Program-made: the position numbers and the translations under genes | DNA from: Candidatus Hydrogenedentota bacterium | GTDB lineage: Bacteria > Hydrogenedentota > Hydrogenedentia > Hydrogenedentales > SLHB01 | NCBI GenBank assembly: GCA_963745075.1 | Contig: CAVUWV010000008.1 | Span: forward strand, 160,001-224,000 | DNA length: 64,000 nt | Reading direction: 5' to 3' | Shown here: in pieces, positions 40,431 through 49,208 of the stretch | Layout: the number at the start of each line of letters is the position of its first letter | How positions within the stretch are numbered: position 1 is the first letter of the stretch | The notes under the pieces: generated by a model | The model's database searches: none | What the model saw: the letters and a program-made list of their open reading frames with translations, nothing else | Told to the model about the DNA's origin: nothing

Positions 40431-42073
40431 GCACAATCCTGGCGCGGCTCGACGAGCTGGCGTCGTACGACGGTCCCTGGCGTCCGCTGCGGGACGAGAC
40501 ACCCCTGTTGCGCGCGCGACTCGCGGAACTCCGGGAACGGGAATCGCGGCTGGACGGGTTGCTGGTGGTGGCGCTGGTCGGGGGATCGGGGGTCGGCAAG
40601 TCGACGTTCCTGAACGCCCTCGCCGGTGATCAGTTGGCCGCGACCTCGGAGTACCGGCCATGCACGTCGGTCCCGACGGTGTACCAGCCCCCAGGTGCGG
40701 CCTTCGGTCCGGAATCGTGGAACCGGATCTATGGCTCCGCTCTCGAACATCTCATCATTCTCGACACGCCTGATTCGGATACCATCGTGCGCGAGCATCG
40801 CGATATGGTCATCGAAGCGCTGTCGCAGGCCGACCTCATCATGCTGTGCGGCAGCCCGGACAAGTACCTCGACGAGGCCACGTGGTCGTTGCTTCGTCCG
40901 TTGAGGGACGAACGGACGATGGTGTGCGTGGAGTCCAAGGCGGATCTCGAATCAGAGAGCGTGCGCGATCATTGGATGGGGCGGCTCAAAGAGCAGGGCT
41001 TCACCATCGCCGGGTATTTTCGGGTGAGCGCGCGGCGCACGCTCGATCGTAAATTGACCGGACAGCCGCCTGGCGACAACGAATACGATTTCCCGCAACT
41101 CGAACAATTCCTGCGGCAAGAACTTTCGATCGAGCAGGTCCGCCGTATCAAACGGTCGAACGCCTACGGATTGTTGGCGAAAACTTTGGGCACCTTGCTC
41201 GAACGTGTAGGCAACGGTGTCCCTGCGCTGGAGTCGTTGCAGGAAACCCTGTCGGAGTGCGACAAGAAGGCGACGAAGGAAACCTGCGCCATCATCGGCC
41301 GCCGCATCTTCGCGGAGCCGCATCTCTGGAACTTCGCGCTAGGCAAGGAAATCAGTCTGCGGGCGAAGGGTATCGTCGGCACGCTCTACCGCGTGCTGGA
41401 AGCCTTGCGTACGCTGCCGGCACGCATGTCGGGCTGGTTGCGTTGGACGCCGGTGTCGCCGGCCGGACGGCAGGCGGCTTCCCTGCTCACGGAACAGAAT
41501 CTGCTCTCGGAAGACATTGACATCGCCACGCCCGACGTGCAGGACAGTTACGAACAATACCACAGCGAACTGGCCGTGACGTTCGCCCGCGCGGGGTTCG
41601 ATCACGGTGACGCGGAAGCGGGATTCGAAACGTTTGCGTCAGGTGTCCGGCAACGGCTGGCCGCCTTGTTGCGCGGCGCGGCGCGCGACCGGGTCGTTTC
41701 CCGATCGCGACTGCTGACCAGTTGGCCTGCGACCTTTCTTGCCGACGCGCTGCCCATCGCGTTCGTCGCCTATGCGGGCTACCGCATCGTGGACGACTAC
41801 TTCCTGGGCATCACGCTGACGAGCGATTATTTCCTGCATGCTAGCGCGGTGCTCGCGATATTGCTCGCGGTGGAATTGCTGCTCATGTCGACGGTGGCGC
41901 GTTTCCTCGCGTGGTCCGCGCGGTCGCGGGCGACGCGCGATCTGCGGTCTGTTCTGCTCGCCGGAGGAATTGCCTTTGCTCCGGAACGGGCGGCGCTCGA
42001 TGAGGCGTTGCAGAAGGCCCGGTTAGTCGAATCGCTGCACCGGGAGCTGACCGCGGGGCAGGTGGGACCGTGA
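40415..42073 (+). CDS. Dynamin-like P-loop GTPase B with C-terminal TM hairpin
   Basis: GGAGG RBS with GTG start; G1 GGSGVGKS, G2 RPCT, G3 DTPD, G4 SKAD; two TM helices. Confidence 0.8.
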   Translation: MSHSLSTILARLDELASYDGPWRPLRDETPLLRARLAELRERESRLDGLLVVALVGGSGVGKSTFLNALAGDQLAATSEYRPCTSVPTVYQPPGAAFGPESWNRIYGSALEHLIILDTPDSDTIVREHRDMVIEALSQADLIMLCGSPDKYLDEATWSLLRPLRDERTMVCVESKADLESESVRDHWMGRLKEQGFTIAGYFRVSARRTLDRKLTGQPPGDNEYDFPQLEQFLRQELSIEQVRRIKRSNAYGLLAKTLGTLLERVGNGVPALESLQETLSECDKKATKETCAIIGRRIFAEPHLWNFALGKEISLRAKGIVGTLYRVLEALRTLPARMSGWLRWTPVSPAGRQAASLLTEQNLLSEDIDIATPDVQDSYEQYHSELAVTFARAGFDHGDAEAGFETFASGVRQRLAALLRGAARDRVVSRSRLLTSWPATFLADALPIAFVAYAGYRIVDDYFLGITLTSDYFLHASAVLAILLAVELLLMSTVARFLAWSARSRATRDLRSVLLAGGIAFAPERAALDEALQKARLVESLHRELTAGQVGP

Positions 42074-42124
42074 TCGGACGGATCCGACCGATTGGTCCGA
42101 TCCGTCGGATGGCGAGCAGTCCCG

Positions 42125-43636
42125 TCACGGAATCCATTTCTCCACTTCGCGGCGGCGCTTGCGCCATTGCTTGAGGGTGCCGTAGGGGAACAACGTCAGC
42201 ATGCGCATTCCGGCGACGGTCGAGACCTGGCGGGCGACGCGCCGCATTTCACCGAGGAGTTCCTGACGCACCAGCGATTCCTCCACTTCGCCTTCTTCCT
42301 TCACTGCGAGCAACCGGTGAAGCGCGACCAGACCCAAGACAAACGCGATGATGAATACGAAGTCGAGTCCGCGCAGGTCCACCGTCGGCAGATTGAAGGT
42401 TTCACTCGCGGTTTGCCAGTTCAACCATTCCAGTGAGATTTTAAGTTCATAAGGCATAAACCAGTCGGCCGCAAACCCCGCGAGGATGGGCGAGATCGTG
42501 GCCGCGATTCCACAGATCAGCGCGTTCACAGCGAGGTAGGCGGTCGCCTTGCCGTAGGGTGCAAGCTTAAACGCCAGGTTACCGGCGCAGAGCGTGACCC
42601 CAGCGGTAGAAATGCCGGCCAGCACGTGGATGGCGATCAACAGCGGAATGGTGAACATGTGCTGCTCGGGCAACGTTGTGAAAGGCCACAGGAGAAAGCT
42701 GAAGATGAACAGCGGACCTGATATTGCCAGGACCGACTTGTTGCTGAACCGGTCTGCGGTTCGACCCCAGAGCCGGAAGAACAGGACGTTGACCATCTGG
42801 CTGAGTACCGAAAGCCCGATAGCCCACGCCATGGAGAGTCCGAGCCGGCGCAGCAGATAGACGGCGAAAAACGGCGCTGCGAAGTTGACCGCGAAGTTCC
42901 ACAGACCAAGAAACACGAGCACGTGCCGGAAATTCGCATCGCGAAACGGTTGGCGCAGGATGTTGGCCAGTCCGCCGCCCGTGTCCGCGGGCATCGTTGG
43001 CTCGGCCATGCGTCCCAACGCAATTCCTCCGAGCAGGCCGGCGAGGGTTGCTGCGAGGAAGATCATGCTGTAGGCGGGCATCGGCGGCGTACCGTGGGTG
43101 TCGCGGTACCAGTCCACGGCGAAGGCGCCGCCCACGCTCAACACCGCTCCCGTGAAGGTTGCCACGGCCATGCGCTTGGCAAAAAAGGTGCCGAAGGTCT
43201 TGATGGGGACGACGTCGCGTATCCAGGAGTTGTAGGAACAACTCGCGACCGCACCGAACCCGTAATACGCCGCCAGCAGCAGCAGGAACAGTGGAATCCG
43301 GTATCGTTCGGCGCTCAGCAGCGGCAGTGCGGCGATTCCAATCCAGCACATCCGCCCGACCACCGCGGTGATCAGCGTGAGCATCTTGCGCAGCCGGATC
43401 CGTTCGACCAGAAAAATCGACGGAATCTGAATTATCTGAGACAGGGGGCCGACCGCTGCGATAACCCCGATTACGGTGTTTGACGCGCCCAATTCCAGCG
43501 CGAACCCGACGAGAAACGCACCGGTCGTGAACACGAGCATGGTCTGGGCCATGGCGCCGTCGTACAACAACATGCGCATGCCCTTGGCCACGTCCCCCGG
43601 TTCGAGGACATCTTTGGTTCGAAAGAAACGTAGCAT
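42125..43636 (-). CDS. MFS transporter
   Basis: About 12 TM helices; WGRTADRFSNK motif-A-like sequence; PF.D.NFR. Confidence 0.88.
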   Translation of the reverse strand: MLRFFRTKDVLEPGDVAKGMRMLLYDGAMAQTMLVFTTGAFLVGFALELGASNTVIGVIAAVGPLSQIIQIPSIFLVERIRLRKMLTLITAVVGRMCWIGIAALPLLSAERYRIPLFLLLLAAYYGFGAVASCSYNSWIRDVVPIKTFGTFFAKRMAVATFTGAVLSVGGAFAVDWYRDTHGTPPMPAYSMIFLAATLAGLLGGIALGRMAEPTMPADTGGGLANILRQPFRDANFRHVLVFLGLWNFAVNFAAPFFAVYLLRRLGLSMAWAIGLSVLSQMVNVLFFRLWGRTADRFSNKSVLAISGPLFIFSFLLWPFTTLPEQHMFTIPLLIAIHVLAGISTAGVTLCAGNLAFKLAPYGKATAYLAVNALICGIAATISPILAGFAADWFMPYELKISLEWLNWQTASETFNLPTVDLRGLDFVFIIAFVLGLVALHRLLAVKEEGEVEESLVRQELLGEMRRVARQVSTVAGMRMLTLFPYGTLKQWRKRRREVEKWIP

Positions 43637-43834
43637 AGTATCTCAAAATCAGCGAACCGCACCCCCGGGAGGATCGATCCGTCTGCCTAAGTATCCGGTT
43701 AACCCCTTCGACAAATTGCCCTAGTCTATCGCGCCGACAAACCGGGAACAAGACAAACGCACGGGAGACCGATTGGAGAATTGATCGACAGCTGTTCCGT
43801 TGACGAATGCACCGCGAGCCATTGGCACGACTTC

Positions 43835-43863
43835 TTGACAAAAAACGTCCAAACGTTTAAAGT
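43835..43863 (+). promoter_or_regulatory. sigma70 promoter predicted to give a leaderless methyltransferase mRNA
   Basis: TTGACA-N17-TAAAGT-N6-ATG; no SD sequence. Confidence 0.8.
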
Positions 43864-43869
43864 GTAGCC

Positions 43870-45024
43870 ATGAAGAGGAAACCGAAGACGCCTCCGGGTC
43901 GGGTACGCGATGCAATCCTGCAAGTGCTGTCCAAGACAGAAACGCCATTGAACGTAAAAGAGATCGAGAGCCGCGTCGGGGAGTTGATTGGCCAAGTACC
44001 AACGTCTTCGGTACGGTCGTACTTGCGGCTCAACACACCGAAAATGTTCTCAAGAGAGGGACGTGGCATCTATCAGGTTTCGAAACGACCGGTGTCCGGT
44101 TTGCAGCGCGAGTTGCCGGCGGCGCTGGATACCATACTTTCATATACGTACGGCAATGCCACACTGTTTCATGCGGATTGTCTTCAGTGGTTGGAATCAC
44201 AGCCCGACAATTCAGTTCATGCCGTGGTGACCGACCCGCCGTACGGATTGCAGGAATACACGCCGGTCGAACAGGCCAAATTGCGAAACGGTAAGGGTGG
44301 GGTGTGGCGCATTCCGCCCTCTTTTGACGGTCACGAGCGCTCGCCATTGCCCCGGTTTACAACGCTCAAAGACAAGCATATTGCGGAACTCCGCGCTTTC
44401 TTCTATGACTGGGCTACGGCATTGCTGCCGAAGCTAGTGCCGGGTGCGAATGTCGTCGTGGCGTCAAATCCACTATTATCGTATGTTGTTTCCGGTGCAT
44501 TGACGGAAGCTGGCCTGGAACGGCGCGGCGAAATTATTCGCCTAGTCATGACCATGAGGGGAGGCGATCGTCCGAAAGCGGCACACAAGGAGTTTTCCGG
44601 CGTAAGCGTCCTTCCCCGCTCGATGTGGGAACCATGGCTGCTGTATCGTCGGCCAGTAGAGGGTCGGGTTCAAGACAATCTCCGAAACTGGGGAACCGGC
44701 GGCTTCCGGCGGCCCGGCAAAGACAAGCCTTTCGGGGATGTCATCCAATCGGCCCCGACGCGCAAGGTCGAAAGAGAACTTGCGCCCCATCCGAGCTTGA
44801 AACCTCAAGCCTTTCTTCGGCAACTTGTGTACGGCGTGTTGCCACTGGGGAAAGGCATGGTGCTCGATCCATTCGCGGGGTCAGGGTCCACACTTTCGGC
44901 CGCGGAAGCCGTGGGATATACCAGCATTGGTATTGAAAAGGACGAGCATTATTTCGAGATCGCGCGAAAGGGACTCCCCCGTCTAGCAAAGCTGAGGACG
45001 GACAACTTGGATTACACACGATAA
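43870..45024 (+). CDS. Beta-class N4/N6 DNA methyltransferase with N-terminal winged-HTH
   Basis: TDPPY precedes HPSLKP and LDPFAGSGST; N-terminal ~70 aa HTH-like. Confidence 0.93.
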   Translation: MKRKPKTPPGRVRDAILQVLSKTETPLNVKEIESRVGELIGQVPTSSVRSYLRLNTPKMFSREGRGIYQVSKRPVSGLQRELPAALDTILSYTYGNATLFHADCLQWLESQPDNSVHAVVTDPPYGLQEYTPVEQAKLRNGKGGVWRIPPSFDGHERSPLPRFTTLKDKHIAELRAFFYDWATALLPKLVPGANVVVASNPLLSYVVSGALTEAGLERRGEIIRLVMTMRGGDRPKAAHKEFSGVSVLPRSMWEPWLLYRRPVEGRVQDNLRNWGTGGFRRPGKDKPFGDVIQSAPTRKVERELAPHPSLKPQAFLRQLVYGVLPLGKGMVLDPFAGSGSTLSAAEAVGYTSIGIEKDEHYFEIARKGLPRLAKLRTDNLDYTR

Positions 45025-45614
45025 ACCCAATTTGCGCGAAGCTTTTGAACGCCTTCCCGGTGCAGCGTCGCGGTGCGGGTTCCGAGTTCGCCTCTCGAGT
45101 TTTTGCGGAAGTCCTTCGTTTCGACCTTGCCAATGTACACTTCTTTGAATATTATCGGACGGCGATCCCGCGCCGGCTCAGTTTGGGAGTCAACCTCGTA
45201 GACAAACACGCACATCCATTGTTCTCGCGCCCCATGTGTATCGACCGCGCCGCCGGACTTCCGCGTAGTCTTGATCTCTACCCCCTCGCTGCCGGCTTTA
45301 GTCGCGTTGTTGGGATAAACTCCTTGAACGATTAGATCGGGATGACCGTTATGGTATTGGTTTTCCGTAAGGGTACGGGAATGCTTTGCGATGCTGGCCG
45401 TCAGCATATCGGAAATTACGCCGGACATGATGGCGGGTCGCAACATGTCGTCCAGCCGCTGAAGCCCCTTCTTAATCAAACCGGAATTCACATCATAGAA
45501 GAAGTCGTAAACGTCTTGCATGGCGATTTCAAAGTCTTGAAGACGCAACTCGTACGGCAGATCCGCTTGAGGATTAAAGCTCGCACTATCCACGGTCGAC
45601 TTTTTTAACGTCAT
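45012..45614 (-). CDS. Putative type II restriction endonuclease (PD-(D/E)xK)
   Basis: HPDL...GVEIKT; convergent with the MTase and overlapping it by 13 bp; lower GC. Confidence 0.7.
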   Translation of the reverse strand: MTLKKSTVDSASFNPQADLPYELRLQDFEIAMQDVYDFFYDVNSGLIKKGLQRLDDMLRPAIMSGVISDMLTASIAKHSRTLTENQYHNGHPDLIVQGVYPNNATKAGSEGVEIKTTRKSGGAVDTHGAREQWMCVFVYEVDSQTEPARDRRPIIFKEVYIGKVETKDFRKNSRGELGTRTATLHREGVQKLRANWVYRV

Positions 45615-45822
45615 TCTATGCCCTTCGGTCTTGATATACTCATTGGCTGTGACAACGGTATTCAATGAGAAAAGTGTTGTCAACTACGTGAGGGCAACTC
45701 TCGTGACCCTCGGCCGCGTCACCGCAGTATTTTCGTGGGTGATCTTGTGGAACGTGCCGACATGCAAATCGACCGGTGCTGTATTTACTTTACAGCGCCG
45801 AAACCGGATACGGAGAGCCACC

Positions 45823-46992
45823 ATGAAAACACCATTCTTCCTAACGATTGCCCTTTTGTCCATGGTCGGTGGCAGCCCTTTCGGTATCGCCGAAACACCC
45901 GGTGAGTCCAGGACTGTGACGGACGCAAAGACCATCCGAAACCTCGGCCTCCGCGCGCGTGTGTATCCCGAGGAACGGGAAGCAGACGTGCGGCGGCTGG
46001 CGAAATCGATCGCCGTGCTTGCGGCGACCGACAAGACGGCGTTGCACGATCGGCAGAATGACTTCCAGGAAGCACTGTTGCTGATGTGCGACCGGGGAAT
46101 TTACGAGACGTTGTCGACGGGAACGATTGCGGCGCTAGACGACGCCCTCGAAGGCGTCTTCACCATGGACGACATCAAGCGGGATACGGAGTGGGAACCG
46201 CTGATCTACGTCTACGGATTTTTCAATCGCGATACCAACGCCAAGGCGATTATTCGCATTCACGATTGGTGGATTAAGATCCCTCCCGAGGAACGAGAAC
46301 CGTATTACCCGACGTACCCGCACGCGATCGATGCGGTCACGAAGCCGTTAGCCATGGGACCCCTGTTCAATCGGATGGAGACCGGCCCCGCGTTGGACGT
46401 AGCGGTTCCCCAGCTCCGGAGCATGTTGCTCCAACCGCCCTTGCCGGGGCGCGGATTTCATATCCCGAGCCACGCGGCGCTCGTGTTGGGGCCGCTCTAC
46501 GAACGGTGGGCCAACGACCCCGAGTATGGACCGCACGTGAAGACGTATCTGGGAACGCGCGACGAGTTCGAGGCCTTGCTGGCCGGACAGTTGATCGGCG
46601 CGCTGCCGGGCACATCGGACTTGCCGGACTTCGCGTACGGATTCTACGCCTACACGGGCCGGTACATTGCGAACGGCCTGGCCCGGCTCGATGCGCGCCT
46701 GGCGCTGCCCGCGCTTCGTCAATCGTTGGAAATCTATCAAAAACACAACGCGCCGGATTCCACGATCGCGTATACGCGCCGCGCACTCGCCGCGTTGGGT
46801 GATGAGGCGGAACGCGGGGCGTTGGAACAATCGTTGGCATCGGGCGACGAACCGGCCTTGGCCACGGTGGTGTGGCTCTGCCGCAACGCCCAAGGCGAAG
46901 GACAGACGTACGCCGAGGATTTGCTGGGGAAACAGCTTGGCGTTCCGGCCCACGACGCGCTGGAAACGTGGTTTAAGAAGCAGTTGGGGTAA
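45823..46992 (+). CDS. Secreted hypothetical protein with HEAT-like C-terminal helices
   Basis: GGAGAG RBS; signal peptide; ALPALRQSL and ALAALGD repeats. Confidence 0.65.
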   Translation: MKTPFFLTIALLSMVGGSPFGIAETPGESRTVTDAKTIRNLGLRARVYPEEREADVRRLAKSIAVLAATDKTALHDRQNDFQEALLLMCDRGIYETLSTGTIAALDDALEGVFTMDDIKRDTEWEPLIYVYGFFNRDTNAKAIIRIHDWWIKIPPEEREPYYPTYPHAIDAVTKPLAMGPLFNRMETGPALDVAVPQLRSMLLQPPLPGRGFHIPSHAALVLGPLYERWANDPEYGPHVKTYLGTRDEFEALLAGQLIGALPGTSDLPDFAYGFYAYTGRYIANGLARLDARLALPALRQSLEIYQKHNAPDSTIAYTRRALAALGDEAERGALEQSLASGDEPALATVVWLCRNAQGEGQTYAEDLLGKQLGVPAHDALETWFKKQLG

Positions 46993-48502
46993 CCGCGCCC
47001 GGCCAGGGGACGGGTTTCCCCGTGTCTTTCTGCACCGGCATCAGCGCGTGCATGGCGCGCAGTTGTTTGCCCAACTCGTCGGCCAGCCGTTGTGCGATCT
47101 CCTGACGCTCCTCGTGGAGGTCATGGGCTTCGCTGATGTCCTCCACGATGTTGTAGAGTTCGTAGCGCTGGTCGGTGTGGAAGTAGATCAGCTTCCAGTC
47201 GCCCTGGCGAATCACGCTGTACGGCGGGTCGTGGTAGTTATGGGGAAAATGCCAGATGAACACCCGGTCGCCCCAGTCCACCGATTCGCCCCGCAACAGG
47301 GGTACAAAACTTCGGCCGTCGATTACGCCGCCAATCTGTTCTTCGTCCGTCACGCCGGCCATGGCGAGGATCGTGGGGAACAGGTCCTCGATGATGAAAT
47401 CCTGGTCGCACACCGAACCGGCCTTGGTTACGCCCGGCCACCTCACGATTGCCGGCACGCGAATGCCGCCTTCGTAGGGGCTGAGCTTCGCGCCCCGCAA
47501 AGGCAAATTCCGATCCACGTCGGGCGCGGCGCCGTTGTCGCTCATGAAGATCAGGATCGTATCGTCCTCGATACCGTGCCGAGCCAACGCGGCCCGAATG
47601 TCGCCGAGCGACTTGTCCATCCCTTCGATCATGGTGGCGTACGTCGCGTCAAAATCGTCCAACCCCGCGTCCTTGTACGCCTGGTAGTACCGGTCGTCCT
47701 CTTCCCAGGGCGCGTGAATCGCGTAATGGGACATGTACAGGTAGAACGGCGTATCGTCGGCCACCGCTTGATCGATGGTCTTGATGGTCTCGCGGGTGAG
47801 CGCTTCGGTCAGAAAAATCTCCTGACCATAGTATGCCTCCAGATCCGGCACGTCCCAGATACGGTCGCCGTCGCGCCAGGCCGCGCTGAAATTGTGGGTG
47901 CCGTGGTAACTGCCCGGTCCACCCGCCGCGTGTCCGGCGATGTTCGCGTCGAAGCCGAGATTCAAGGGGTCCTCGCCGGGTGTGTCTTTCGCGCCCCAGT
48001 GCGCCTTGCCCACGTGGATCGTGCGATACCCCGCCTCCTGGAGAAACATGGGCAGCGTCTTCGCGTAGACCGTGTGCTCGATGCCGGGCACCGGACTCAG
48101 GCCGTTCACGTTCCAGTCGGGCATGCGCAGCGTTGGATGTTCCCGATCCGGCGACTCGTTCTTCCGCAAGGTCCAGTTCGTCACGCGGTGGCGCGCCGCG
48201 TTGAGTCCGGTCATCAGACTCACGCGCGTCGGCGAGCACAGCGGGCAGGCGTAGGCCTGGGTAAACTTCAGCCCTTCATCCGCCAGGATTTCCATATTCG
48301 GCGTGTGATAGCGCCGGTTCAGATCGGTCACTTCGGTGTAGAAGGGCTCCGACGTGTCCTGCCATCCCATGTCGTCGACCAGGAAGAAGACGATGTTGGG
48401 TTTGCGTTGCGTGGCCGCCTCGGCCAGGGCGCGGATGGGATTCGCATAATACGCGACGACACCGAGTGCGCTGAGGCGTTGCAGGAATTGGCGTCGGTTC
48501 AT
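46973..48502 (-). CDS. Tat-exported formylglycine-dependent sulfatase
   Basis: MNRRQFL; PNIVFFLVDDMG; CSPTR; SDNG; YEGGIRVP. Confidence 0.96.
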   Translation of the reverse strand: MNRRQFLQRLSALGVVAYYANPIRALAEAATQRKPNIVFFLVDDMGWQDTSEPFYTEVTDLNRRYHTPNMEILADEGLKFTQAYACPLCSPTRVSLMTGLNAARHRVTNWTLRKNESPDREHPTLRMPDWNVNGLSPVPGIEHTVYAKTLPMFLQEAGYRTIHVGKAHWGAKDTPGEDPLNLGFDANIAGHAAGGPGSYHGTHNFSAAWRDGDRIWDVPDLEAYYGQEIFLTEALTRETIKTIDQAVADDTPFYLYMSHYAIHAPWEEDDRYYQAYKDAGLDDFDATYATMIEGMDKSLGDIRAALARHGIEDDTILIFMSDNGAAPDVDRNLPLRGAKLSPYEGGIRVPAIVRWPGVTKAGSVCDQDFIIEDLFPTILAMAGVTDEEQIGGVIDGRSFVPLLRGESVDWGDRVFIWHFPHNYHDPPYSVIRQGDWKLIYFHTDQRYELYNIVEDISEAHDLHEERQEIAQRLADELGKQLRAMHALMPVQKDTGKPVPWPGAVTPTAS

Positions 48503-48642
48503 GCGTGTGCTCCCCTCAACCAGCAAACCCCATTTACAAAGATACACCGCAGCGAGCGGCGGCGATCCTTGCGTGTAGATGTCTGCCCGGAGTCAGTTTT
48601 ATGGGCTCTGATTGTAGCGGTCTAACTCGAAAACAGGGCAGT

Positions 48643-48846
48643 TTAGTGTGTTTTCTCTTGCAATTCTTTGCCCATTGTTTTGCGCAGATCCTCGACGGCC
48701 TGCTGTTGTTCCGGCGGAAGTTTTTCCGCGGCTTGCGCCTCTTGGTCCTGTGTTCCGACCTCTACTTTCTTTGACCCACACGCGAACGTGAGACAAGGCA
48801 GAAGCACAAGCGTGAAGAGAAGAAGGTTCTTGAGTAGCTTGGACAT
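48643..48846 (-). CDS. Small lipoprotein (67 aa)
   Basis: AAGGAG RBS; lipobox TFA-C-GSKK; own promoter. Confidence 0.75.
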   Translation of the reverse strand: MSKLLKNLLLFTLVLLPCLTFACGSKKVEVGTQDQEAQAAEKLPPEQQQAVEDLRKTMGKELQEKTH

Positions 48847-48913
48847 GGAGGATCTCCTTTTCCCCGATTTCCCATATGAACTCGCCGGCGACCGTCACCA
48901 GTGGGTTTGATGC

Positions 48914-48979
48914 AGTATGAAGGAGGTAATTGGCGGCGTCAACCCGTCGTTTGCTTTTGACACCCGTCGTTTGCTTTTG
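48914..48979 (-). promoter_or_regulatory. sigma70 promoter with an abutting 18-bp direct repeat
   Basis: TTGACG-N17-CATACT on the minus strand; ACCCGTCGTTTGCTTTTG at 48942-48959 and 48962-48979. Confidence 0.65.
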
Positions 48980-48995
48980 TTTGTGGTCCGTGATG

Positions 48996-49156
48996 CGGAA
49001 GACCACAGCCGGGGGCGGCTGTGCCACACTCGCTTGCCCAGCATTCGTGTCCGCTATTTCGGCCGTGGTCTTGGGCGAATACGCCGTCATGGATGATAAA
49101 GCCACCGTCGGTCGAGCTAACCGTGTGGCACAGCCGCCCCCGGCTGTGGTCTTCCG
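48996..49156. repeat. REP doublet B: 34-bp perfect inverted repeats with 93-bp spacer
   Basis: GTGTGGCACAGCCGCCCCCGGCTGTGGTCTTCCG at 49123-49156 and its reverse complement at 48996-49029; each is GTGG plus a hairpin. Confidence 0.9.
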
Positions 49157-49208
49157 GCGATCGCCACCTTGGTGCATCTTGTCCATATCTTCCATACCGA
49201 TCTTCCCG

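Noticed and set aside
43822..43840. TTGGCACG suggesting a sigma54 promoter before the methyltransferase
   Set aside because: No GC at the required N10 spacing; the sequence is explained by a sigma70 TTGACA.
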